Part shown: in pieces, positions 19,439 to 28,298 of the stretch
How the letters are laid out: each line of letters begins with the position of its first letter
How positions within the stretch are numbered: position 1 is the stretch's first letter
DNA from: an uncultured Acidobacteriota bacterium
GTDB lineage: Bacteria; Acidobacteriota; UBA6911; RPQK01; JAPXNP01
DNA: 64,000 nucleotides
Direction: 5' to 3'
NCBI GenBank assembly: GCA_963777605.1
Contig: CAVZRV010000029.1
Span: 96,001-160,000, forward strand
Translations under genes and position numbers: made by a program
Notes under the pieces: model-generated
What the model was told of the DNA's origin: nothing
Databases searched by the model: none
What the model saw: the letters and a program-made list of their open reading frames with translations, nothing else

Positions 19439-20034
19439 AAGGTCTCCAGCAGGCTCATAAGGCGGTGGATGTTGTAATGCTCCTCTAATTCTTTTACTTC
19501 TGCATCGACCGCGTCAAGACTTCTAATATTCTGTTGGATTCGGGACAATCGGGTGTCTACGCAGCAGGAGATCTTCTCGAGCCCTTTGACGTTGCCAATG
19601 CCGCGCAGGGCGAAGTAGTGACTGAGTGCACGAACCGCCGGGTAGATGAAGAAGATGTTCGGACCCGGCAGAGGGGTCAGAAGCACGCCAAAGAGGGCCA
19701 GCACGGTGTCGATGATCAGCCAGCGCCGGTGTTTGCCATGCTGTCTCTCGATGAGTTGTTCGAATTGCTTCCGGGCGTCTGAACAGTTCAACTGCCCGGG
19801 ATGGTGCAGTTCCAGCGAGCCGGCGAATCGAAGGGTGGCACACAGGTTCTCCTCGTAGTCGAAGCGGCGACGCAGGTTCTCATAGGCGGTGTGAAGCCGG
19901 TAGCGGATGCGCTTGACGAATCCCTCCTCCGGTTCTTCAGAACCGAGCCCTGGTCTTGTCGGCTCGCTGATGAAGAAAAAGAGTCCAGCGGATCGGTCCA
20001 GTACGAACAGGGTCAAAGGCACACGGTGTGACAT
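19435..20034 (-). CDS. Hypothetical membrane protein resembling the mitochondrial K+/H+-exchange-related (Mit_KHE1) family
   Basis: HRRWL...LTPLPGPNIFFIYPAVRALSHYFALRG; overlaps the crp start. Confidence 0.55.
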   Translation of the reverse strand: MSHRVPLTLFVLDRSAGLFFFISEPTRPGLGSEEPEEGFVKRIRYRLHTAYENLRRRFDYEENLCATLRFAGSLELHHPGQLNCSDARKQFEQLIERQHGKHRRWLIIDTVLALFGVLLTPLPGPNIFFIYPAVRALSHYFALRGIGNVKGLEKISCCVDTRLSRIQQNIRSLDAVDAEVKELEEHYNIHRLMSLLETL

Positions 20035-20043
20035 GGGGGGTGC

Positions 20044-20184
20044 TCACGATTCCTGGTGTTTCTTCGATTGAACATTCGTTCGGTTCCGGGCTTCTTTCCG
20101 GATTGCAAGCGTCAGAGCAGCCAGAAATCCACCCCAGACGATGGTGAGGACTGCAATCATCGTGACCAGTGCCGTGGTACTCAT
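20044..20184 (-). CDS. MetS-like small subunit of an NSS transporter
   Basis: 46 aa MSTTALVTMIAVLTIVWGGF...; start overlaps the stop of the NSS transporter gene. Confidence 0.75.
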   Translation of the reverse strand: MSTTALVTMIAVLTIVWGGFLAALTLAIRKEARNRTNVQSKKHQES

Positions 20185-21632
20185 CGGCTGAAAATCCTGT
20201 CCGTAATGTACCGGTTCGCAATCAGCAGCAGGGCAACGGCCAGGCCCCATTGGGCCAGGCATGTTGCAACCGACCCTGTTTCCAGCGGGTTCCACCAGGT
20301 GCCCGGCATGGCCTCCGCCACTTGCCAGAACCACCACGCCACCAGAATCACTACCTGCGTCGGGATGGCGATTTGGATCAGTCCGTTATACCATCGCCCG
20401 ACCCGGAGGTTGGTTCCTGAGCCGTTGACCAATTCCTGCCGGAACCGGTCAGCCCCGAAACCGATGACTGCCGAAGCGATCATTGCCCCGCTGACCATCA
20501 GTCCCAGGCCCCAAACCCAGTCCTGGTTCAAGAAGAAGTCTACACTGAGCGCCGACGGCAGGCCGAAAAGGAAGCCGAGGGCCCAGACGAACATCAGCGC
20601 CTTCCCGCGTGGGACTTTCATGTCAACGAGGGCGCGGGTAGTCAACTCGAGCATCGATATCAGGGAACTCAGGGCGGCAAATGTAAGGGCAATAAAAAAG
20701 AAGGCTGCGAAGAAAGCGCCTCCGGGGGTCTGCTGATAGAGTTGGGGAATCCAGATAAAGGTCAACCCCGTATTGGCCGGACCCGCCGAGCGGATGACCT
20801 CTTCGGCCTGGGCCGGGATCACCGCAAAAACCGTGCAGAAGATCGTGATTCCGGCCAGGAGTGAAACCGAGTTGTTGCCCAAGCCAATCAGTGCCGCGTT
20901 GAGTGGGATGTCCTCCTGGTCTCTCATGTAGACCGCGTAAGTCATGATCAAGCCCCAGCCCGCCCCTGTGTCCCAGGCGTTCTGAGTCAACGCCTGGAGC
21001 CAGACCCGGTAATCGAGAAGGGCGTCGAGGTCAGGGGTGAACAGGTAGTCCAGGCCGTGCGTTGCGCCTGGCAGGGTGACAGCACGGATCGCCGAGATGA
21101 TGATCATGACGAGCAGCGACGGGATCAGAAAGCGGTTGGCTCGCTCGATTCCGCGGACGACTCCGCGTCGGATGATCAGGATGCCGATACTGATCGCCAG
21201 GAGGTGGAAAAACACCGGTTGCCAACCGCTCGCCAGAAAATTGTTCCAGTCCTTTGCCGGATCGGCGACCTGTAGAAGTCGTCCGCTGACCGAGAGGTAG
21301 AGGTAGCGGATGCACCAGCCTGTGACGACCGAGTAGTAGAACATGATCGCGGTGGCGACGACCGCGACGAAACCTCCTCGCCAGGCCTGGTTCTTACCAA
21401 TGAGCACCGAAAATGAGCCCCACGGTGCGTAGCGGGCAAACTTCCCGATGGCAAATTCAGCCATGATCAGTGGGATGCTCCAGATGAACAGGAACGCAAC
21501 CCACGGGATAAGAAATGAGCCTCCGCCATTGGCTGCCGCAATGCGGGGAAATCGCCAGATGTTCCCGGTTCCGATGGCGATACCCACAACCGACAGAATC
21601 AGTCCCCAACGCGAACTGAACTGCTCCTTCAT
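20181..21632 (-). CDS. Sodium-dependent transporter (NSS/SNF family)
   Basis: EQFSSRWG, AIGTGNIWRFP, NGGGSFL, YYSVVTGW. Confidence 0.92.
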   Translation of the reverse strand: MKEQFSSRWGLILSVVGIAIGTGNIWRFPRIAAANGGGSFLIPWVAFLFIWSIPLIMAEFAIGKFARYAPWGSFSVLIGKNQAWRGGFVAVVATAIMFYYSVVTGWCIRYLYLSVSGRLLQVADPAKDWNNFLASGWQPVFFHLLAISIGILIIRRGVVRGIERANRFLIPSLLVMIIISAIRAVTLPGATHGLDYLFTPDLDALLDYRVWLQALTQNAWDTGAGWGLIMTYAVYMRDQEDIPLNAALIGLGNNSVSLLAGITIFCTVFAVIPAQAEEVIRSAGPANTGLTFIWIPQLYQQTPGGAFFAAFFFIALTFAALSSLISMLELTTRALVDMKVPRGKALMFVWALGFLFGLPSALSVDFFLNQDWVWGLGLMVSGAMIASAVIGFGADRFRQELVNGSGTNLRVGRWYNGLIQIAIPTQVVILVAWWFWQVAEAMPGTWWNPLETGSVATCLAQWGLAVALLLIANRYITDRIFSR

Positions 21633-22258
21633 GGCGTACCGGCTCTCAAGTATTCTTCGATGCGGGCTGCGGGATCGGGTGACTCGATGATATCCGATAT
21701 CAGGGCAACCGAATCGACGCCGGCGTCCCAGAGTTCCCGGGCCCGTTCCGGGTCGATTCCGCCAATCGCCACGAGAGGCCTCCGCTTTCGGGCGGCGAGG
21801 GCGGCGATCCGATCGATTCCAAGAGGTGCTCTTACTCCTGGTTTGGTCCGGGATTCGTAGGCCGGGCCGATCGCGACGTAATCCACATCGAGGTTCTGGG
21901 CATGGAGGAACTCCTCTTCCGAGTGGGTCGAGATCCCCACGATCAGGGCTGATCCGCCGATCCTGCGGGCTGCACCAACGGGAAGGTCGTCCTGGCCCAA
22001 GTGGACGCCCGCAGCCCCGGAAGCCAAAGCCAGGTCCAGCCGGTCGTTCACAATCAAAGCGGCATCTCTTTCGGCACAAAGGTGCTGGATGCTGACGAGT
22101 TGCCCCATAAGCGCGTTTGTGGGGAGGTGCTTATCCCGGACCTGGAAGAATCGGATGCCGCAGTCCAGGAATAGCCTTGCCCACCTCTGGTGATTCCAGC
22201 CCTTCAAGTCATTCGAGGCAGTGATCGGATAAATGGGGCCGGGACTGAACCGTCGCAT
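21629..22258 (-). CDS. thiE: Thiamine-phosphate synthase
   Basis: QVRDK, LIVNDRLDLA, GVHLGQDD, GISTH, VAIGGI. Confidence 0.88.
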   Translation of the reverse strand: MRRFSPGPIYPITASNDLKGWNHQRWARLFLDCGIRFFQVRDKHLPTNALMGQLVSIQHLCAERDAALIVNDRLDLALASGAAGVHLGQDDLPVGAARRIGGSALIVGISTHSEEEFLHAQNLDVDYVAIGPAYESRTKPGVRAPLGIDRIAALAARKRRPLVAIGGIDPERARELWDAGVDSVALISDIIESPDPAARIEEYLRAGTP

Positions 22259-22262
22259 GAAC

Positions 22263-23609
22263 CTATTGAAAGAGGCTCCTGATTCGATCTGCCAGGATGA
22301 TTGCGATCGCGATCGGGCACACGAATCGGATCAAGATCGACCAGGCCGGGGCCAGCAGGAACCGCGGATTACTCGATCTGATCTCGGCCACAGCGTTTCG
22401 AATCCCCCATCGCCAACCAATGAAGATGCAGATGAACAAGCCACCAACGATCAGGGCAAGCTTCCCGAAAACGAAGTCCATGTTGGTCAGGAACCCGGCA
22501 AGCATCGAGGAGTAACCCTCTCCGAGGGCACTTGGAATTCCGATGACGAAGGCCAGTCCGCCGATGACGATTGCAGCTCTCTTACGGGGCCAACCCTGCT
22601 GATCAATAAAGTAGGCGACAACAACCTCGAGCATTGAAATCGACGAGGTCAATGCCGCCGTCGCAAGGAGAATGTAGAATGCCGTCCCGAAGGCCTGCCC
22701 GAACGGGATGGCGTTGAAGATGTTCGGGAGCACAAGGAAGATCAGTCCGGGGCCTTCGTCGGGCCGCAGTCCCTGCACCGAAAACAGGGCAGGGAAGATC
22801 GCGAAACCTGCCAGGAAGGCGATCAACAGGTCCGACAGGCTCACGTAAAGGGCGCTCGATGCCAGGTCTTCTTTATTGGACAGGTAGCTCCCGTAGGTGA
22901 TCATCGCTCCCATCCCCAGGCTTAGCGAGAAGAAGGCCTGACCCATCGCCGCGAGCACGACCTGGAAGTTGATTTTGCTGAAGTCGGGATGGAGGTAAAA
23001 CCGGATGCCCTCCATTGCCCCCGGCAGAGTTACGGAGCGAAGCACGAGCAGGAGGAGGATCAGGAAGAGGAACGGCATCAGGATCTTGGTGACCTTTTCG
23101 ATGCCACCCTCCACTCCTCCGGTCACGACCCACACGGTCAGGATCATAAACAAGAGGTGGTAACCAATTGGGGACAGGCTGCCCAGAAATTCTGAGAACG
23201 TGGATGCTATTTGCTGGGTGTCGGCACCCTGGAGACCGCCTTCGAGCGTCAACCAGATGTACTTGAGGGTCCAGCCTGCGATCACACTGTAGTAACTCAG
23301 GATCATCAGGCCGGTCACGACGCCGAGGACTCCGACCAGCTTCCAGGCTGACCCGGGAACGAGTTTCTTGAAGGCTCCTACCGGGTCGCTCTTCGTTCGC
23401 CGGCCGATGGTGAGTTCTGCAACCATCACCGGTACTCCCACCAGGAGGACGCAGAAAAGGTAAACGACGACGAAACCGGCTCCGCCGTACATCCCGACCT
23501 GCGTCGGGAAACCCCAGATGTTGCCCAGCCCAATAGCCGACCCGGCAGCAGCCATGATGAAAGCGAGCTTGGATCCCCACGTTCCCCGGTTGGCCGCTGC
23601 CCCCTTCAC
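22263..23609 (-). CDS. Sodium-dependent transporter (NSS/SNF family)
   Basis: RGTWGSK, GSAIGLGNIWGFP, QAFFSLSLGMGAMITYGSY, GPGLIF. Confidence 0.93.
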   Translation of the reverse strand: MKGAAANRGTWGSKLAFIMAAAGSAIGLGNIWGFPTQVGMYGGAGFVVVYLFCVLLVGVPVMVAELTIGRRTKSDPVGAFKKLVPGSAWKLVGVLGVVTGLMILSYYSVIAGWTLKYIWLTLEGGLQGADTQQIASTFSEFLGSLSPIGYHLLFMILTVWVVTGGVEGGIEKVTKILMPFLFLILLLLVLRSVTLPGAMEGIRFYLHPDFSKINFQVVLAAMGQAFFSLSLGMGAMITYGSYLSNKEDLASSALYVSLSDLLIAFLAGFAIFPALFSVQGLRPDEGPGLIFLVLPNIFNAIPFGQAFGTAFYILLATAALTSSISMLEVVVAYFIDQQGWPRKRAAIVIGGLAFVIGIPSALGEGYSSMLAGFLTNMDFVFGKLALIVGGLFICIFIGWRWGIRNAVAEIRSSNPRFLLAPAWSILIRFVCPIAIAIILADRIRSLFQ

Positions 23610-24952
23610 TAAACGACTCCAATCCTTTCCAGCAAAGAGGTTCCGTAACGGCCATCCACAAACTCGGGGCTGTCGATGATCTTTCGGTGGAGAGGAATGG
23701 TAGTGTCGATGCCCTCAACGATAAACAGGTCGAGCGCCCTTCGCATCCGGGCGAGGGCTTCTGTTCGGTCCGCCCCATAAGCGATCAATTTGGCAATCAG
23801 GGAATCGTAATGGCTCGATACGATCCAATCCTGATAGGCGGTTGAATCAACCCGGACTCCAGGGCCGCCCGGTGGGTTGTACGCGGTGATCTTCCCCGGG
23901 GAGGGTCTGAAATTGGCGGGATTTTCAGCGTTGATCCGGCACTCGATGGCGTGGCCCTGGAACTTGATTTCGTCCTGGGTAAAGCTCAGCGGTTGTCCGG
24001 CGGCGATCTTGATTTGCTCTTTTACGATGTCAACGCCGGTGACCATCTCTGTAATCGGATGCTCGACCTGGATCCGGGTGTTCATCTCGATGAAAAAGAA
24101 GTCACCCGACTCGTCGAAGAGGAACTCCACTGTGCCTGCGCTCTGATAGCCGATCGCACGCATTGCCTCGACGACCCGCGATCCGAGGTCGGCACGAATT
24201 TCCGGGGTCACTACCGGGCTCGGAGTCTCTTCGATCAACTTCTGATGGCGGCGTTGAACCGAGCACTCCCGCTCTCCCAGGTGCACGACGTGCCCGTGCT
24301 CGTCACCCAGGACCTGGAATTCGATGTGTCTGGGATTAACCAGGTAGCGTTCGATGTACACGGCTGATGAGCCGAACGCACTCAACGACTCCGACTGAGC
24401 GGTGTCGAGCGCATCCTGGAGGTCAGCCGGCTTCCGAACGATTCGCATCCCGCGCCCACCTCCGCCTGCCGCTGCCTTGATGATGAGCGGGAAGCCAATC
24501 CCGGCGGCGATGTCATCGAGTCGCGCGGAGGCATCGTCGTCGAGGAGGTTGGAACCGGGAATGATCGGCAGGCCCGCCTCGAGGACCATCTGTCTCGCCT
24601 TCGCCTTGTCGCCCATCGTCTCGATGGCTTCGGGTGTCGGGCCAATGAACTTGATCCCGCAGGTTTCGCAGACTTCCGAGAAGTACGCGCTTTCCGCGAG
24701 GTAGCCATAGCCGGGGTGAATGGCATCGACGTTGGTGATCTCGGCCGCGCTGATAATGCTCGGGATGTTCAAGTAGCTCTCGTAGCTCTTGGCGGGACCG
24801 ATACAGATCGCTTCGTCGGCAAAGCGGACGTGCAGGCTGTGGCGGTCGGCATCCGAATAAACGGCTACCGTGCTGATTCCCAACTCCTTACACGCACAGA
24901 TGATTCTCAGTGCGATCTCGCCGCGGTTTGCGATCAGGACTTTCTTGAACAT
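23609..24952 (-). CDS. accC: Acetyl-CoA carboxylase biotin carboxylase
   Basis: [48 protein letters not shown]. Confidence 0.97.
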   Translation of the reverse strand: MFKKVLIANRGEIALRIICACKELGISTVAVYSDADRHSLHVRFADEAICIGPAKSYESYLNIPSIISAAEITNVDAIHPGYGYLAESAYFSEVCETCGIKFIGPTPEAIETMGDKAKARQMVLEAGLPIIPGSNLLDDDASARLDDIAAGIGFPLIIKAAAGGGGRGMRIVRKPADLQDALDTAQSESLSAFGSSAVYIERYLVNPRHIEFQVLGDEHGHVVHLGERECSVQRRHQKLIEETPSPVVTPEIRADLGSRVVEAMRAIGYQSAGTVEFLFDESGDFFFIEMNTRIQVEHPITEMVTGVDIVKEQIKIAAGQPLSFTQDEIKFQGHAIECRINAENPANFRPSPGKITAYNPPGGPGVRVDSTAYQDWIVSSHYDSLIAKLIAYGADRTEALARMRRALDLFIVEGIDTTIPLHRKIIDSPEFVDGRYGTSLLERIGVV

Positions 24953-24958
24953 GGTGCG

Positions 24959-25429
24959 TCACGCCGACTTTGAAAGACGAATCTTGAACAATGGTTCGCC
25001 ATATTCTACCGGCTGGCCGTTTTCAACCAGGATAGTGACGATCTCACCGGAAGCGTCGCTTTCGATCTGATTGAAGATCTTCATTGCCTCGATAATGCAC
25101 ACAACTGAGTTCTTGGTTACGTAGTCTCCAACCTGGACGAACGGCTCGGCGTCCGGTTTCGGGGTCAGGTAGAAGGTGCCGACAATTGGGGCCTTGAAAA
25201 CGTACAGGTCCTCTTCTGGTTCCTTGGCAGGAGCGGCTGGTTGGGTTCCAGCAGCCTGGGGTGCACCCGCAGGAACAGCTGGCGAGGCGGTCACCTCGGA
25301 CCCTGCCGAAAGGTGGGCGGGTTTAGAGTTCCGGATCCTGAGCCGGACTCCTGCTTTTTCCATCTCGAACTCCTCGATTCCAGAGTCTTGAATCAGTCCG
25401 AGCAGTTCTTTGATTTCCTTTATATCCAT
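24959..25429 (-). CDS. accB: Acetyl-CoA carboxylase biotin carboxyl carrier protein
   Basis: MDIKEIKEL, APIVGTFY, EAMK biotinylation motif. Confidence 0.96.
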   Translation of the reverse strand: MDIKEIKELLGLIQDSGIEEFEMEKAGVRLRIRNSKPAHLSAGSEVTASPAVPAGAPQAAGTQPAAPAKEPEEDLYVFKAPIVGTFYLTPKPDAEPFVQVGDYVTKNSVVCIIEAMKIFNQIESDASGEIVTILVENGQPVEYGEPLFKIRLSKSA

Positions 25430-25466
25430 TGGCTCTCCTTGGAAAACCCGGGAAACGTAAGGGCAC

Positions 25467-25495
25467 ATTGTCGTTAGTCGGGCAAGTTTAGTCAA
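25467..25495 (-). promoter_or_regulatory. Sigma70-type promoter of accB
   Basis: TTGACT-17bp-GACAAT on the minus strand. Confidence 0.55.
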
Positions 25496-25523
25496 GAGTG
25501 GAAGGGTTGTCGGAGCCCGGGCT

Positions 25524-26644
25524 GGCCCCTGAAGGGGGCTGACCTGAAACTTCAATCGAGATGAGTTCCTGGTTCCTGGTTTCTCGTTTCTGGAGGGAAA
25601 GTAATCCAGGCATCCCTGCCTGATATGGCGGCCGGGCAGCTTGCCCGGCGGAAGTGAACCTTCTCAATCCAGGGTTCTTGATTTCCGGGTTCTTCTGAAA
25701 TCGTCCGCCACCGGGACTGAATCGCACTTTCAGTGCTGCATTGCCGTCTTGGCTCCGATTCCCGGGGCGTTGCCGCCGGGCTGGAAATGACCCTGCGCCG
25801 TTGGCGCGCTCATCTGGCGATGCTTCACCCGTTTCACTGATTGAATGGTCCGGCGCCGCCGGGGGCGGGGCTGACCTGAGACTTCAATTGGGATGAGTTG
25901 AAGAACCTGGACGAATTGGATGCGTCTGGACGGAGATTGAGGCGATCGGTGGAGAGCCAGGGACGTGATTATCGGCTGGATCCTGGTTCCTGGTCCGGTG
26001 CCGGACGTGGATGAGTGATGATCACGGGATCGGCGCCGGGCGGGCCCCTGAAGGGGGCCTGTTTCCAGCCCAGGCATTTGCCTGGGTTCACGGTCCACCC
26101 ATCAAGAATCCAGCCCTGAAAGGGCGGCACAGCTTCTCCGGACGTGAAGAATCGGCGCGACCTTACAGGCCGCGATCGCCTTGCCGGGACCACAGACCCA
26201 GGGCAAGCCCTGGTCTGAAACCAAGGCGCCTTCCAGCGCCAGGTCGAGTTTCACTCTCTGAATGATCCGCGGAGGGCGCGGGGGCGGGGCTGACCTGAAA
26301 CTTCAATTTGGAAGAACTGGATGATTTCGACGCGTCTGGAAGGAGATTCGGGCGATCGGTGGGACTCAGAAGCCGTGGCTCTCGGCTGGATCCTGGATAC
26401 CCCGATTTCAGAACGCGAGTGAAAGCGAGCGCGGCTCCGGACGATGGTGAGTCACCAGAAGTGCTGCCGGAGGCCGGAACCGCGGGATGGAGTCAAGATC
26501 CAGGACTGGTAATGGATGAGAGTCGGGAGTAGCGCTCGCTTTCACTCGCGTTCTGAACACCGGCCGCGTGCCAGGTCCGGTCTGACAGGCCCAGTTTCAC
26601 TTTGCGAATGGTCCGGTGGCGCCGGGAGGGGGCTGATCTGAGAC
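25524..26644. repeat. Tandem array of three 330-420 bp non-coding units with conserved joints and variable palindromic cargo
   Basis: GGGGCTGA(C/T)CTGA(A/G)AC at about 25535, 25867, 26286 and 26629; GTTTCACTnnnnGAATG(G/A)TCCG at 25831, 26248 and 26594. Confidence 0.88.
26407..26557. repeat. Perfect 26-bp inverted repeat pair (REPIN-like doublet)
   Basis: TTCAGAACGCGAGTGAAAGCGAGCGC (26407-26432) and its exact reverse complement (26532-26557). Confidence 0.92.
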
Positions 26645-26676
26645 GTTCCCTCCGTTGAGCGGGAAGTGGCCGCGGA

Positions 26677-27141
26677 TCAGATGAATTTCACCTCGGTGGT
26701 GATGTCGATTGCCCTGTGGATTGAACGGTAAATGGGGCAGTGATCCTGGTGAACTGCATGCACTCGTTCGACTACCTCCACCTGGTCGGAAGCTCCCTTC
26801 AGGTGGTAGGTCACGTGAATCCGTCTGACAACCAGGACCCCTTTCTCGGTTTCAACTTCGCCGGTTGTCTCCGAGACCAGTTTTCCACCGCTTGCGTCAA
26901 TATTGCGCGCTTCCAGCGCGCCCCCGAAGGTACCGGTCAGTCAGCCGGCCGCCGCGGCAACCAGGTAATCGATGGTCGTCGCGTTGGCAGGGAATTCGGC
27001 TGGGTTAACTCCGTAGTGCCGGGCGATGGCCCCGTGAACGCCGAAGCGGACGGCTTCCGGCTCTCCGGGTAGGTAAGCGAGGCGCAGCGGACCTCGTAAA
27101 CGTTCAATGCGGACTTTCGACACGTAAGTCACTTCGGACAT
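26677..27141 (-). CDS. OsmC-like selenoprotein (154 aa, Sec67 encoded by UGA)
   Basis: DYLVAAAAG-U-LTGTFGGALEAR...HQDHCPIYRSI; frame continues 87 codons past the TGA at 26941-26943; downstream hairpin. Confidence 0.85.
26905..26940 (-). promoter_or_regulatory. Putative bacterial SECIS element
   Basis: GCGCGCT-GGA-AGCGCGC hairpin (26905-26921) with a G-containing loop about 26 nt 3' of the in-frame UGA. Confidence 0.6.
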
Positions 27142-27257
27142 GCGAGTTGCTCCTTTGGGATCCTTGGCTGTGACGCGTTGGTTCCCAGTCTATGCCTCAG
27201 AACCAGAAGCTTCCACCTGGACCACTCCCTCGGGTTCGGAATCCCAGCCGCCTCCGG

Positions 27258-27434
27258 GCCTAATCCTCATGTTCTCCAGGTCGCCGAGCGAGGCCCGTAG
27301 CGGACCATTACCCGGACATCGTCACGACCTCGTTGAATTCTCTGAGCTTCTTCCCCGTAGAAGGCCTGGCGGACCTGCCGGGCCAGGTTGAGCTGGGAGA
27401 GGCTCAGGGCCTCGGCTTCCGGCTTGAGCTTGAG
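27258..27434 (-). pseudogene. Internal fragment of an RND (AcrB/CzcA-type) efflux permease
   Basis: LARQVRQAFYGEEAQRIQRGRDDVRVMVRY, then frameshifted SLGDLENMRIR; only about 60 codons of a roughly 1000-aa protein. Confidence 0.7.
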
Positions 27435-27531
27435 TGCAAAACAAAACTGCTGGATCTTCTTTGAACCCTTACGCAAGCTGGTATAGCCTTTCTTTCAGGT
27501 CTTTACTTCAGAGTCACGGGAGGGTGTTGGG

Positions 27532-28053
27532 ATGAAGAAAGCTTTGATTCTCGTTTGCGTTTGTGGGTTTGGTCTGCTCTTGGGACAGGGAAATCAGCGT
27601 GGGACTGCAGGCGTGGTTTTGGGTGATGCCAAGGTCGAGATCGAGTACGGTCGTCCTCTCCTCAATGGACGGGACTGGTCCGGAGTGGAACTCGGGACGG
27701 TTTGGCGCCTTGGTGCCAACAATGCAACAACGTTAACCACGGACCGGAACCTGACCATCGACGGTGTCGCCGTCCCGCCAGGGACGTACGCGCTTCTCGC
27801 GAAGAAGGTTGGGTCCGACGCGTGGGAACTGGTCGTCAGCAAGGACGTGAATGTCGCCGGGAACCAGCGTGACCCCGATCTCGACCTGGGCTCGGTACCA
27901 TTGACGAGCAGTCGACTGAACCAGTCGGTTGAGCAGTTGACCATCAGATTTCGGAAGACCGGCCAGGAAACGGCTACGATGTACGTCGAGTGGGGCGACT
28001 CGGCTTTGGCGGCTCACATCATAGCGGTTTCGGGTCTTCCCGAAGGTTCGTAG
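27532..28053 (+). CDS. DUF2911 family exported protein
   Basis: Signal peptide; IEYGRPLLNGR, VWRLGANNAT, PGTYAL, VEQLTI. Confidence 0.8.
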   Translation: MKKALILVCVCGFGLLLGQGNQRGTAGVVLGDAKVEIEYGRPLLNGRDWSGVELGTVWRLGANNATTLTTDRNLTIDGVAVPPGTYALLAKKVGSDAWELVVSKDVNVAGNQRDPDLDLGSVPLTSSRLNQSVEQLTIRFRKTGQETATMYVEWGDSALAAHIIAVSGLPEGS

Positions 28054-28059
28054 CCGGGG

Positions 28060-28255
28060 ACCCGGATGCGGCGATCAGCTCGACCTCACGCCAGACCCGA
28101 TGTAGGTTTGCCGGAGTGATTGGTATGCTTCCCGTTCCTCGTCCGTCATTTTGGCCTGGGCCTCCCGGTTGAGCCGGCGGATCCCCAATTCGTCGCGGAG
28201 CTTCTGGACTGCCTCGGTCCGTTCCGGGGCAGTGTAAGTGTCGATCTCATTAATG
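28060..28255 (-). pseudogene. Remnant of a membrane dipeptidase (M19-like), internally deleted
   Basis: PERTEAVQKLRDELGI...MTDEEREAY joined out of frame to ANLHRVWREVE (compare M19 C-terminal GNxLRVxxxVE). Confidence 0.45.
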
Positions 28256-28298
28256 ATTGGTCTCCTGGGCAAGCAGGCGGCATTCCCTGGCGGAAACC

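Noticed and set aside
25524-26644. CRISPR array (joints begin GTTTCA and end TGAAAC, like some CRISPR repeats)
   Set aside because: Repeats are 51-54 bp and degenerate, the intervening segments are about 280-365 bp and partly homologous to each other, and no cas genes are present
25831-26644. Integron attC cassette array
   Set aside because: The ends are GTTT...AAAC rather than RYYYAAC...GTTRRRY, there are no credible cassette ORFs and there is no integrase
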